The notes under the pieces were generated by a model. It saw only the letters and a program-made list of their open reading frames with translations, did not search any database and was not told the origin of the DNA. This document shows, one piece after another, positions 10,272 through 19,481 of a DNA stretch of 64,000 bases. The position numbers and the translations under genes are program-made. Positions within the stretch are counted from its first letter, which is position 1, and each line of letters starts with the position of its first letter. This DNA comes from Bacteroidetes bacterium RIFCSPLOWO2_12_FULL_37_12 (lineage in GTDB: Bacteria; Bacteroidota; Bacteroidia; 2-12-FULL-37-12): the NCBI GenBank assembly GCA_001769655.1, contig MEPC01000020.1, positions 217,922 through 281,921 on the forward strand, in the 5' to 3' direction.

Positions 10272-11957
10272 TTACTTTCTCCTCAAAATCTTTTTTAAAA
10301 CAATCTTCTCAACCCAACTATGAAAAGGATAAATCAAAATCGCAACGCCGGCATTGAAAATTAATTTCCAGACAGGCGCTCCTCCCGTCCATTGCTCTAC
10401 ATAAGGGTCAATCAGCACAATGATAAATTCAAACCATAATAAAATGGATATGAAAATAATGGCTTCAATCAATTTCCGTCCTACATGAATTCGTACCAGT
10501 AAAATGATGGCTGTAAACAATATGACAAAAGCGATGGCAATGCCCGAATACTGAAGAATATTTCGACGGGTTTTTTCTTCCATGGAAATTCTCAATGATT
10601 CTGCTTCCACGCTTTTTTTAATGATTTCTGCTTTTTCATATTCATATTGCGTCTCCAAACGGGCTTGCTTTTTTTCATTATCCTTATTGTAAATACTATC
10701 GCGATATAAAATATAATTCTGATAATTTTCGAATGCCTGTTTGTAATAGTTGCCTCCATTCAGATTATTCAGATTCTTTTCTCCTTTTATTTTAAAAATT
10801 TCAGCGAGGTGTTGAAAGTTATCTTTGCATAGATCCTTACTGCCGATTTCTTTAGCAATGGATAAACTCTTTAAACAAAACTCTTCCGCTTTTTCCAACT
10901 CTTTTTGATTCAAATAAACTAATCCAATATTCCCATACTTATAAGAGATACTTTCTTTGTGACCGATTTCTTCTGCAATCTTCAATCCCTTGTTCAGATA
11001 TTCAAGAGCCAAGGGGTATTTTACTGTCATTGCATAATGATTATTTCCTGCTTTTACAGCGGAGTCACCTTGAAAAACAAAAACTAATCCTATACTACCC
11101 AGCAAAGTTGTGGCGCTATATTGATTTCCCATTTCTTCCGAAATTTTCAATGCTTTCAAAAAATAATTTAATGCCATTGTTAATTTACCTTGCGAAACAT
11201 AGTTCTCTCCCATATTATTAAGGATGATAGCAATTCCATAATTATTTCCGGTTTTCTCAACAAGTTCTAATGATTTGGAATAATAATTAAGGGCAAGCGG
11301 CAAATTTTCCTGCATAGTATAAACATTTCCGATATTACTGTAAATGGATGCGATCAAATCATTATCTTTCAAGACAACGGAAATTTTTAACGCCTGAAAA
11401 TAATAATCCAGCGCTTTTGGATAATTTCCCTGTTTAACCAATACCGCTCCTATGTTGCCCTGAAATCTTGCCATCTTTTGTTTGTCTCCGATTTCCTTAG
11501 ATATTTTTAATGCTTTCTGGAAGTAATTCAGCCCTTTGGTCATGTTCCCTTGCTCTATATAAATAACTCCTATATTCCCGGTTGCCGCGGCTATACCACT
11601 GTTATCAAATAACTGTTCGTAAATTTTTAATGATTGAAATTGAAAAAAAAGCGCAGAATCATAGTTACCTTTTAATCTATAGAATATTCCAAGATTGCTG
11701 TAAATATTTCCCAGCCCTATTAGCCAACGGGCTTTTAGTGCCAAAGCAAGGGCTTGCTTTCCTAATAGGATAGAAGTGTCGGGATTTTTGAACCGAAATG
11801 AAGAGCCGATTGTATTCAGTATATCTGCTTTTTCAGTATCTATACGGGAAATTTTTAATCTGGAAAAAAGGGAATCAATAGTGTCAGCGTTTGAGAAAGT
11901 TGGTAGATTAGGAGAAAATAGTATGCAGAGTAGGAAAATAATCGAATAATTTCTCAT
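10272..11957 (-). CDS. Periplasmic TPR-repeat protein with a coiled coil and the conserved C-terminal 3-TM module (FEF…DPY…GGAPVWK…P-x-H), with no kinase or output domain
   Basis: Signal peptide, more than 8 TPR-like repeats. The C-terminal ~70 aa align with the C-termini of the ORFs at 38700, 16261, 26171 and 31052. Confidence 0.75.
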   Translation of the reverse strand: MRNYSIIFLLCILFSPNLPTFSNADTIDSLFSRLKISRIDTEKADILNTIGSSFRFKNPDTSILLGKQALALALKARWLIGLGNIYSNLGIFYRLKGNYDSALFFQFQSLKIYEQLFDNSGIAAATGNIGVIYIEQGNMTKGLNYFQKALKISKEIGDKQKMARFQGNIGAVLVKQGNYPKALDYYFQALKISVVLKDNDLIASIYSNIGNVYTMQENLPLALNYYSKSLELVEKTGNNYGIAIILNNMGENYVSQGKLTMALNYFLKALKISEEMGNQYSATTLLGSIGLVFVFQGDSAVKAGNNHYAMTVKYPLALEYLNKGLKIAEEIGHKESISYKYGNIGLVYLNQKELEKAEEFCLKSLSIAKEIGSKDLCKDNFQHLAEIFKIKGEKNLNNLNGGNYYKQAFENYQNYILYRDSIYNKDNEKKQARLETQYEYEKAEIIKKSVEAESLRISMEEKTRRNILQYSGIAIAFVILFTAIILLVRIHVGRKLIEAIIFISILLWFEFIIVLIDPYVEQWTGGAPVWKLIFNAGVAILIYPFHSWVEKIVLKKILRRK

Positions 11958-12188
11958 GTACGTTCGGTTTAATTCAGGGGGTTGGTTTTTATAGGATTTC
12001 AGAGCAAAGTTATTGAAAATATATTCAAAGATTTATGTTAAAAGCATTTCGCAATAGAAAAGAAAGTTCTCTTATAAACAGATACCTGAAACTTTACTAT
12101 TTTGACAGTATGTAAGAAGTGATATTTTATCTTTAAATTTGCACGAAACAAAACTATTCCCAAGATTTAACCAAACGCAAATAAGTCC

Positions 12189-13454
12189 TTGCACACCAAC
12201 AAATATCTCGACATGGACCTCCTCCGCTTCACCACTGCAGGAAGCGTAGATGATGGCAAAAGCACGTTAATTGGGCGGTTGCTTTTTGATAGCAAATCCA
12301 TTTTTGAAGACCAACTTGAAGCCGTTGAATCCTCCAGCAAACGAAAAGGATTAGATCACATAGATTTATCCCTGCTGACAGATGGATTAAAGGCAGAACG
12401 CGAACAGGGAATCACCATTGATGTGGCTTACCGGTATTTTGCAACACCCAAACGTAAATTTATTATCGCCGATACTCCTGGGCATATTCAATATACCCGT
12501 AACATGGTGACAGGAGCATCAACCGCTAATCTGGCTATAATTTTAATTGATGCACGGAAAGGTGTTCTTGAACAGACCTGCCGTCATTCGTATATCGCTT
12601 CCCTGTTAAAAATCCCTCATCTGGTGGTCTGCATAAACAAAATGGATCTGGTGGACTACAAAGAAGAAGTATTTGAAAAAATTGTGCACGATTTTGATAA
12701 TTTTTCTTCCAAACTGGAAGTGGTTGATATTAATTATATTCCTATCAGTGCGTTGAAAGGGGACAATGTGGTTGACAAAAGTAAAAACATGGATTGGTAT
12801 CATGGTCAAACCTTGTTGTATTTACTGGAACATATCCATATCGGAAGCGACTATAATCATATTGATTGCCGGTTTCCGGTGCAGTATGTGATACGCCCTC
12901 ATTCAGATGAACATCATGATTACCGGGGGTATGCTGGAAGAATTGCCGGCGGAGTGTTTAGAGTAGCAGACAAAGTAAAAGTTTTACCCGGTGGCTTTAC
13001 TTCAACCATCAAAACCATTGATTTTTTCAACCAGTCATTAAAAGAAGCATACCCTCCCATGTCAGTGACACTAACCCTTTCCGATGACATTGATATCAGC
13101 AGAGGAGACATTATTGTAAGGGAAAATAACGTACCGCAGTTGGGGCAGGACATTGACATGATGATGTGCTGGTTTAATCCCAAGAAAATGAATCCCGCCG
13201 GCAAATATTTTTTGAGACATAACACCAAAGAAGGAAAGTGCATGGTAAAAGAAGTGCGTTATAAAGTGGATATCAATACCATGCAACGCAACGAAACGGA
13301 TAAAGACGTTTGCATGAATGACATTGCCAGGGTGTTAATCAGAACCACTTTCCCCTTGTGTTTTGACAGTTACCGGAAAAACCGTATCACTGGCAGTGTC
13401 ATACTTATGGATGAAGGAACCAATGAGACGGTGGCGGCTGGGATGATTGTTTGA
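12189..13454 (+). CDS. cysN: Sulfate adenylyltransferase subunit 1 (CysN GTPase)
   Basis: G1 box 'GSVDDGKSTLIGRLL', 'DTPGH', 'NKMD', 421 aa. Confidence 0.9.
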   Translation: MHTNKYLDMDLLRFTTAGSVDDGKSTLIGRLLFDSKSIFEDQLEAVESSSKRKGLDHIDLSLLTDGLKAEREQGITIDVAYRYFATPKRKFIIADTPGHIQYTRNMVTGASTANLAIILIDARKGVLEQTCRHSYIASLLKIPHLVVCINKMDLVDYKEEVFEKIVHDFDNFSSKLEVVDINYIPISALKGDNVVDKSKNMDWYHGQTLLYLLEHIHIGSDYNHIDCRFPVQYVIRPHSDEHHDYRGYAGRIAGGVFRVADKVKVLPGGFTSTIKTIDFFNQSLKEAYPPMSVTLTLSDDIDISRGDIIVRENNVPQLGQDIDMMMCWFNPKKMNPAGKYFLRHNTKEGKCMVKEVRYKVDINTMQRNETDKDVCMNDIARVLIRTTFPLCFDSYRKNRITGSVILMDEGTNETVAAGMIV

Positions 13455-13558
13455 GGGAGGGGCAATTCCTTAACCATTTTTTACAGAAGTTTAGCTATAT
13501 TTGCGGTAAGGTTGTGGGAAAATATACTAAAGGTAATCAGGTTTACGAAAAAAATGAA

Positions 13559-13666
13559 TAACACATAACACTAAACACATAACATAAAACACATAACATA
13601 AAATTATAAATGTAATAGAGGTTGAGCACTTAGAAGTTTTTTATTTTTTGTTTAGTGTTATATGTT
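13559..13666. repeat. AT-rich repeat cluster. It has tandem CACATAAC(A) units and the ATAACACTAAACA motif in both orientations. The 23-mer inverted copy of the 7749–7771 element lies at 13644–13666.
   Basis: Read directly from the sequence. Confidence 0.75.
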
Positions 13667-13700
13667 TTTTTAATTCTTAAACCTGAGCGGGTATTTATAG

Positions 13701-13759
13701 AAAATAGTAAATAGAAAATAGTAAATAGAAAATAGTAAATAGAAAATAGCCCCCCCCCC
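13701..13759. repeat. 14-nt tandem repeat (GAAAATAGTAAATA × about 3.6) immediately followed by a C10 homopolymer tract
   Basis: Read directly. C10 is highly atypical in this ~36% GC sequence. Confidence 0.85.
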
Positions 13760-13862
13760 ACTCCCCATGGCTTCATCAGAAAGACGCACCGGATTTACCC
13801 AATTAGTAAAAGAACACGAGCTGTATCCGCAGGAAGCGCCAGCCATGCTAAAAACATCGAAA

Positions 13863-14996
13863 ATGAAAATGTACATCGGAATTCCGAAAGAAACCTCTTT
13901 TCAGGAAAACCGGTTAGCATTGACCCCTCATGCCATAGGATTACTCGTTAATAACGGGCATGAAATTTTTGTGGAATCAGGTGCAGGAAATCCTTCCAAA
14001 TACAGTGACACTGATTACAGTGAGATGGGCGCACTGATTGTTCAAACAGCCGAAGAAGCATACAAAGCCGATTACATTCTCAAAGTGGAACCTCCTACAG
14101 AGGAAGAATTCAAGTTTTTAAGACCCGGACAAACCTTGTTTTCTGCCATACAATCCACTACGATTAAATTAGAATATCTGAAAGGGCTGATAAATAAACG
14201 AATCAATGCCATTGCTTTTGAATACATCAAAGATGAAAGTAACACCATGCCAATTGTTCGAAGCATGAGTGAGATTACAGGTAGTACAGTCATGCTTGTG
14301 GCGGCAGAATTATTAAGTAGTACGAATAACGGAAGAGGAATCATTCTTGGAGGTATTACCGGAGTGCCACCTACACAAGTGGTCATTCTTGGAGCGGGAA
14401 CCGTTGCTGAATATGCAACCCGTACTGCTCTTGGGTTGGGAGCAGAAGTAAAAATTTTTGATACAAGCATATTCAGGTTGCGCCGGCTTAAACATAGTTT
14501 GAACAGGGAAATATTTACATCCATTATTAGTCCTGCTATTCTAGCTTCATCCCTCAAAACAGCGGATGTTGTGGTAGGAGCTATTTCTCCGGAAAAAGGC
14601 ACCACCACGTATGTAGTACCTGAAGAATTAATCCGGAAAATGAAACCTAATTCCGTCATCATTGATGTGAGCATTGACCAGGGTGGGTGTTTTGAGACAT
14701 CAAAGGTTACCACTCATTTGAATCCCACTTTTAAAGTACATGAAGTTATTCATTATTGTGTTCCCAACATTTCGTCACGGGTGGCACGCACTGCTACTAA
14801 AGCATTGAGTAATACATTGGCGCCTATTCTTTTATCCATCGGCGAAAAAGGTGGCTTTGAACAGGCATTGTGGGAAGATAATGGGTTACGGAACGGTGTA
14901 TATTCGTATAAAGGTCACCTTACCAATCAATTTTTAGCAGAAAAATTCTCGCTAAAACATCAGGACATTTCATTAATGATTATTTCGAGAATATAA
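13863..14996 (+). CDS. ald: Alanine dehydrogenase (AlaDH/PNT family). The ORF is open from 13767; the likely start is MKMYIGIPKE.
   Basis: N-terminus 'MYIGIPKETSFQENRLALTPHAIGLLVNNGHEIFVESGAG', Rossmann 'VVILGAGTVAEYA', about 377 aa from the chosen start. Confidence 0.75.
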   Translation: MKMYIGIPKETSFQENRLALTPHAIGLLVNNGHEIFVESGAGNPSKYSDTDYSEMGALIVQTAEEAYKADYILKVEPPTEEEFKFLRPGQTLFSAIQSTTIKLEYLKGLINKRINAIAFEYIKDESNTMPIVRSMSEITGSTVMLVAAELLSSTNNGRGIILGGITGVPPTQVVILGAGTVAEYATRTALGLGAEVKIFDTSIFRLRRLKHSLNREIFTSIISPAILASSLKTADVVVGAISPEKGTTTYVVPEELIRKMKPNSVIIDVSIDQGGCFETSKVTTHLNPTFKVHEVIHYCVPNISSRVARTATKALSNTLAPILLSIGEKGGFEQALWEDNGLRNGVYSYKGHLTNQFLAEKFSLKHQDISLMIISRI

Positions 14997-15008
14997 TTCC
15001 TCAGAACC

Positions 15009-15665
15009 ATGGCAATCATATACACCAAAAAATTTTCGAATGGCAACCGGCTTGCTCTTTGGGAGCTTACCGAAGAAAGAGAACAACTCGAAAAAGATCT
15101 TCAAATGGATGAAACTGAATTGTTGCAATATCAGCAGGTGACACATCCTGAACGTGCACGGCAATGGCTTGCCGCACGGGTTTGCTTGAAAGACCTGATT
15201 GGCAGAGAAGGAAGAAAATTTAAAATCGTTTACAACGAACTTCGCAAACCCTGCTCGGCTGAACCTGGGATATTTTTTTCTATTTCGCACACCCGTCGAT
15301 ACGTATCGGTAATTTATGGATTCACTAACGAGCTTGGGTTGGACATTGAATATATTCATCCCAGAATTTTTAACATTAAGGAAAAGTTTGTTACACCCGA
15401 AGAAGAAACGATTTTTGAAGGAGTTACTGAGTTGGAAAAATATCATATCATCTGGGGCGCAAAAGAATGTCTTTTTAAGGTTTACAGTGAACAGAAACTT
15501 GATTACAAAGCCAATCTTATTATAGAACAATTTTCAGGGGCACAAAATAAAGGGGAATGTACAGGCGCCATCCGCCTTGAAAATAAAACGATACGTTACA
15601 CCGTTCATTATGAAATTTTTGAAGGCCATTTACTGGCTTATATTATTGACACCCCTTTGTCTTAG
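15009..15665 (+). CDS. Sfp-type 4'-phosphopantetheinyl transferase
   Basis: 'GLDIE' and 'WGAKECLFK' (W..KEA..K) motifs, 218 aa. Confidence 0.75.
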   Translation: MAIIYTKKFSNGNRLALWELTEEREQLEKDLQMDETELLQYQQVTHPERARQWLAARVCLKDLIGREGRKFKIVYNELRKPCSAEPGIFFSISHTRRYVSVIYGFTNELGLDIEYIHPRIFNIKEKFVTPEEETIFEGVTELEKYHIIWGAKECLFKVYSEQKLDYKANLIIEQFSGAQNKGECTGAIRLENKTIRYTVHYEIFEGHLLAYIIDTPLS

Positions 15666-16137
15666 TTGCCGGGAACCCATGAAGGGAATGCTGAGAATAG
15701 AGCCCACAGAACATGCACAGTTGCTTTCAAAAGTAAACCCTTCTGAAAAAGTTATTACCGTAGTAAATTTCTGGGCAACCTGGTGTAAACCCTGCGTGGA
15801 AGAGATTCCTGAATTTGTTCAATTTCAAAAATGGATTGTTGAAAATTCAAATGCAGAGATCTCCTGCCCGGTACGGCTTATTTTTGTTTCATTTGATTTT
15901 AAGAATGAAATTGAAAAAAAGGTTTTTCCTTTTCTCGAATCACGGAATTTTTCAGGAACCCATTATTTTGTTGATGAAAAGCAGACCACATTTATTGATG
16001 GAATTGATCCACAATGGCAGGGACAGCTCCCAACCACATTCATTTATTTCCAGGGCAAACAAAAAACACGTATAGATAAAACGATTACATTTGGAGAATT
16101 GCTGACATCGGTAAAATTGGTTTGCGGGTCAGATTGA
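15610..16137 (+). CDS. TlpA/ResA-like thiol-disulfide oxidoreductase (thioredoxin fold, periplasmic). The ORF extends from 15577; the likely start at MKFLK gives a signal peptide.
   Basis: 'FWATWCKPC' CxxC motif, signal peptide 'MKFLKAIYWLILLTPLCLSC'. Confidence 0.7.
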   Translation: MKFLKAIYWLILLTPLCLSCREPMKGMLRIEPTEHAQLLSKVNPSEKVITVVNFWATWCKPCVEEIPEFVQFQKWIVENSNAEISCPVRLIFVSFDFKNEIEKKVFPFLESRNFSGTHYFVDEKQTTFIDGIDPQWQGQLPTTFIYFQGKQKTRIDKTITFGELLTSVKLVCGSD

Positions 16138-16151
16138 TGTGTTTTTTTATA

Positions 16152-16180
16152 GAGACACGGAGCACCGTGTATTATTTTTT
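16152..16180 (+). terminator. Rho-independent terminator-like hairpin (ACACGG-agca-CCGTGT followed by ATTATTTTTT) after the TlpA-like gene
   Basis: GC-rich stem-loop plus T-run, read from the sequence. Confidence 0.5.
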
Positions 16181-16182
16181 AG

Positions 16183-16210
16183 TAGAGACACGGCGCACCG
16201 TGTCTCTACA
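16183..16210. repeat. Perfect 12-bp-stem palindrome GTAGAGACACGG-cgca-CCGTGTCTCTAC. It is related to the palindrome at 46843–46879.
   Basis: Both elements contain the GTAGAGAC/GTCTCTAC inverted pair. Confidence 0.7.
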
Positions 16211-16260
16211 AGAACAAATGTTCTCTATCATACAACTATTTTCATAATCCCGAAATCAAT

Positions 16261-19044
16261 TTGAAAATGTCTTTCAGAATAAACCATACACTGCATATAT
16301 TTTTATTCTTTTTTATATTTATTCTTGTTCTTGTTCTCTCCCCCGCTTACGCCCAAAACTACCGGATAGAAAAATACTCAGTGGAAGCAGGCATGGCACA
16401 GGCATCGGTGGTTGACATAGAACAGGACAAAGATGGAAATATTTGGTTTGCCACTTCGGGCGGCGCTACTTATTATAATGGTAAGACATTTGAAACCGTC
16501 ACTACCGGTCATGGCTTGTTAAATAACAGGGTGCGGGAAATTTTTTGCGACAAAAAAGGAAATATCTGGATAGGTACCGGTGAGGGAATTTCAGTCATCC
16601 ATTACAATTCATTTCTTCATAGTGACACATTATCGGTTAAGAATTATACCAAGGCACAAGGGTTACCCGATAACCGGATTTCCAGCATAATACAAGACAC
16701 AAAAAACCGGATATGGATTACTACAACTGGAGGTGTGGCACGGTATCTATATAACGTGTTGGACACTTCCTGCACAAAATGTTTCAGTACGTTTACCGTA
16801 GAAAGCGGATTATTTACCAATCAAATCAATTCAATCTACGAGGATTTAAAAGGACAATTATGGCTCTGTTCACAAAAAGGATTAGCCATGTTCAATCCGG
16901 ATGATCTTTCCGGGAAAATTCTTAATCCCTTGATTTTAAATACAAGTAATGGATTGAAAGAAAACACGGTGAGAACAATAGCGCAGGGTAAAGACGGGAT
17001 TTATTGGATAGGTCTGTTGGGTTCATTAATGAGAATGAAATTAACGGATGATGATAAAAAATATTTCACATTGGAAGATGGTGTAAATTATTTTCCTGTT
17101 TTATTCGGAAATCAGATTCAACGCGCTACGGTTGACCCTAATGGAGATGTCTGGATTGGGGCACACGGTGCGCTAAGAATCTCCGAAGAGGGCAGTGATT
17201 TTATCAGCATGGATAATGGATTGGGAAAGGGTTCCGTAAGAGCAGTTTTTCATGACAGAGAAGGCAATACCTGGTTCGGAACATCTGCAGAAGGATCCAG
17301 CAAATTCAGAAGTAAAATGTTTTCGGTTTATAGCACGGATCATGGACTTATCTGCAATGATTTAAGAGCTATACTGGAAGACCACCGGGGATGGGTATGG
17401 ATGGCTGGTGCCACCGGACTGTCACTGTTAAATCCAGCGGAAAAAAATTATCAGAAACCATACAAAAAGCTTTTCCGGAATTATTCTACCCGCGAAGGAA
17501 TAAATTATACGGGCTCACTCTGGTCGTTGGCAGAAGATAAAGAAGGCAATATCTGGATAGGTGCCGGCGGTGGAATTTCTGTGGTAAATGCAAAAGAATT
17601 TGAAAAAGGAAAAGTGGTATTTGACAATTTTTTGGAAGCAGATGGCTTAAAGAATCCCGCCACCATGGCTTTATATCAGGATAAGAAAGGTAGAATCTGG
17701 GCGGGAACTTTAGGAGGGATTGCGTTATTTCAGGGAAAACTCTTTGAATCGAAAACAGTTCGGACGTCTCAACATAAAAAACATCCCTCATTCAATTTTT
17801 ATGGTCCTGAAAAAGGCATTCCTTTTTCACAGATACTTGATATTAAGGAAGACGCACGCGGAAATTTATGGATTGGTTCCGGCGGTGGATTACTCCGGCT
17901 CAAAGAGTTGACGGATGACACCATTGAAGTGGAAATTATTGGAACGCAACAAGGGTTAAAGAATATTCACATTTTATCAATTACGGAAGATAAAGTTGGA
18001 AATCTTTGGCTGGGAACTGCCGGAGGAGTTACTAAATTAAAAGTGATTCGCAACGAACCACTCGAAGTGAGTGTCACTAACTATACTGTAAAGGACGGAC
18101 TGAGTTCAGATACTCCGTACTTGCTGTTGATTGACAGCAAAGGGGATTTGTGGGTGGGAACCAACCGCGGAGTTGACCGTTTTTACATACGACAGGGAGA
18201 ATTTAAAAAAATCAAATCTTACGACAAAGACCAAGGATTTTCGGGTATTGAATGTAATCACAATGCCGGCTGGATGGACCGGAACGGGAACCTGTGGTTT
18301 GGGACGATGGGGGGCGCCATTTATTATAATGGAAGGGAAGATAAACCGAACCTGACGGAGCCGCTTGTAAAAATTTCAGAGTTAAAATTATTTTATGATA
18401 AAATAAATCCAGTTAATTTTGAAAAAAAAGAAACTGCTTATAGTGATTCCTCCTCTTCCCTTTTATTCAATTACAATCAAAATCACCTGACATTTGAATA
18501 TATCGGCGTAAGTTTAAGCCATCCGGATAAGGTAACCTATCAATATATGTTAAGAGGATTTGATAATGGCTGGAGTCCGGTGACACGCGAAAACGATGCT
18601 ACTTATTCAAATATACCACCCGGCAACTATGTTTTTATGGTAAAGGCGTGCAACGAGGAAGGAATCTGGAACCGTAAACCGGTTGAAATATCGTTTACCA
18701 TAAAAAAGCAATATTGGGAAACGGGATGGTTTTACACATTACAGGTTTTATTTTTTGCCGTTCTTATCGGAACTACATTTTATTTAAACCGCTCCAACAC
18801 CCAAACGCGTATTGCCACGACGCTGATTTTTGTCACGTTGTTTGTCAGTTTTGAATATGTAGAGGAAACGGTGGAGCCCTATCTGATGAATTTCACCGGC
18901 GGCGCTCCGCTTTTTAAAGTCATAACCAATTTGATTCTCGCATCCATTCTTGTTCCGGTGGAGCATCGTATCCGTAAATTTCTTGCGGGATTAAGTAAGG
19001 GGAAAGAGGAGGGGGAGATTGAGAATACGGTAGTTAGTGACTAA
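16261..19044 (+). CDS. Periplasmic Reg_prop (two-component regulator propeller) + Y_Y_Y domain protein. It ends in the conserved 3-TM module instead of histidine-kinase, receiver or AraC domains.
   Basis: Signal peptide. Many 'DxxGNIWIGT' propeller repeats. Y_Y_Y region 'TYQYMLRGFDNGWSP…ATYSNIPPGNYVFMVKA'. C-terminus 'WETGWFY…FEYVEETVEPYLMNFTGGAPLFKV…VPVEH'. Confidence 0.8.
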   Translation: MKMSFRINHTLHIFLFFFIFILVLVLSPAYAQNYRIEKYSVEAGMAQASVVDIEQDKDGNIWFATSGGATYYNGKTFETVTTGHGLLNNRVREIFCDKKGNIWIGTGEGISVIHYNSFLHSDTLSVKNYTKAQGLPDNRISSIIQDTKNRIWITTTGGVARYLYNVLDTSCTKCFSTFTVESGLFTNQINSIYEDLKGQLWLCSQKGLAMFNPDDLSGKILNPLILNTSNGLKENTVRTIAQGKDGIYWIGLLGSLMRMKLTDDDKKYFTLEDGVNYFPVLFGNQIQRATVDPNGDVWIGAHGALRISEEGSDFISMDNGLGKGSVRAVFHDREGNTWFGTSAEGSSKFRSKMFSVYSTDHGLICNDLRAILEDHRGWVWMAGATGLSLLNPAEKNYQKPYKKLFRNYSTREGINYTGSLWSLAEDKEGNIWIGAGGGISVVNAKEFEKGKVVFDNFLEADGLKNPATMALYQDKKGRIWAGTLGGIALFQGKLFESKTVRTSQHKKHPSFNFYGPEKGIPFSQILDIKEDARGNLWIGSGGGLLRLKELTDDTIEVEIIGTQQGLKNIHILSITEDKVGNLWLGTAGGVTKLKVIRNEPLEVSVTNYTVKDGLSSDTPYLLLIDSKGDLWVGTNRGVDRFYIRQGEFKKIKSYDKDQGFSGIECNHNAGWMDRNGNLWFGTMGGAIYYNGREDKPNLTEPLVKISELKLFYDKINPVNFEKKETAYSDSSSSLLFNYNQNHLTFEYIGVSLSHPDKVTYQYMLRGFDNGWSPVTRENDATYSNIPPGNYVFMVKACNEEGIWNRKPVEISFTIKKQYWETGWFYTLQVLFFAVLIGTTFYLNRSNTQTRIATTLIFVTLFVSFEYVEETVEPYLMNFTGGAPLFKVITNLILASILVPVEHRIRKFLAGLSKGKEEGEIENTVVSD

Positions 19045-19481
19045 AATGTTTTAAAGGGATGCAACGTTGCCTCCTGAATACATTCTACAAGATAAAACTC
19101 CTTTAGTTCTGGAAATGTCCGCAATTGTCGAACAAGAAAAATTGTCTCGGGTAAAATTAACGCATGATTTTTATACAATTTAAAAAAATTCTGAATTTAA
19201 AAAGAAGCGAGAAAAATCTTTGTTTCCGAGAAAGGAAATAATGTTGTACGTTCAGTAGTGATTAGTTACATATATTGTTTATTATGGAAGAATTTATTAT
19301 ATTTGTTAGGTTTTTATTTTTATAGAATTTTATTATTTAAAACACACCTATAAAAAAATTAACACGGACATCTCAATGTTGCAAACAAATAAACAATTAC
19401 ACATCATTGGAGACCAGTGACCAATCAAAAAAACGGGGTGTCCCCGAAAAACCATACGAGTAGGGCTAATATGAAAATGAC

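Noticed and set aside
11960-12188. The region upstream of cysN, examined for a riboswitch or T-box-like leader
   Set aside because: I could recognise no conserved riboswitch core (SAM, cobalamin or others). It shows only a plausible TAAATTTG -7 box, which is insufficient for a call.
19045-19481. The 437-bp AT-rich gap after the first Reg_prop/Y_Y_Y gene, considered as a site for a tRNA or sRNA gene. It contains the 10-bp palindrome GCAACGTTGC.
   Set aside because: It has no T-psi-C/D-loop-like signature, no convincing terminator and no conserved structure I could see. It is most likely a promoter or leader region for the 19482 gene. An sRNA cannot be excluded without expression data.
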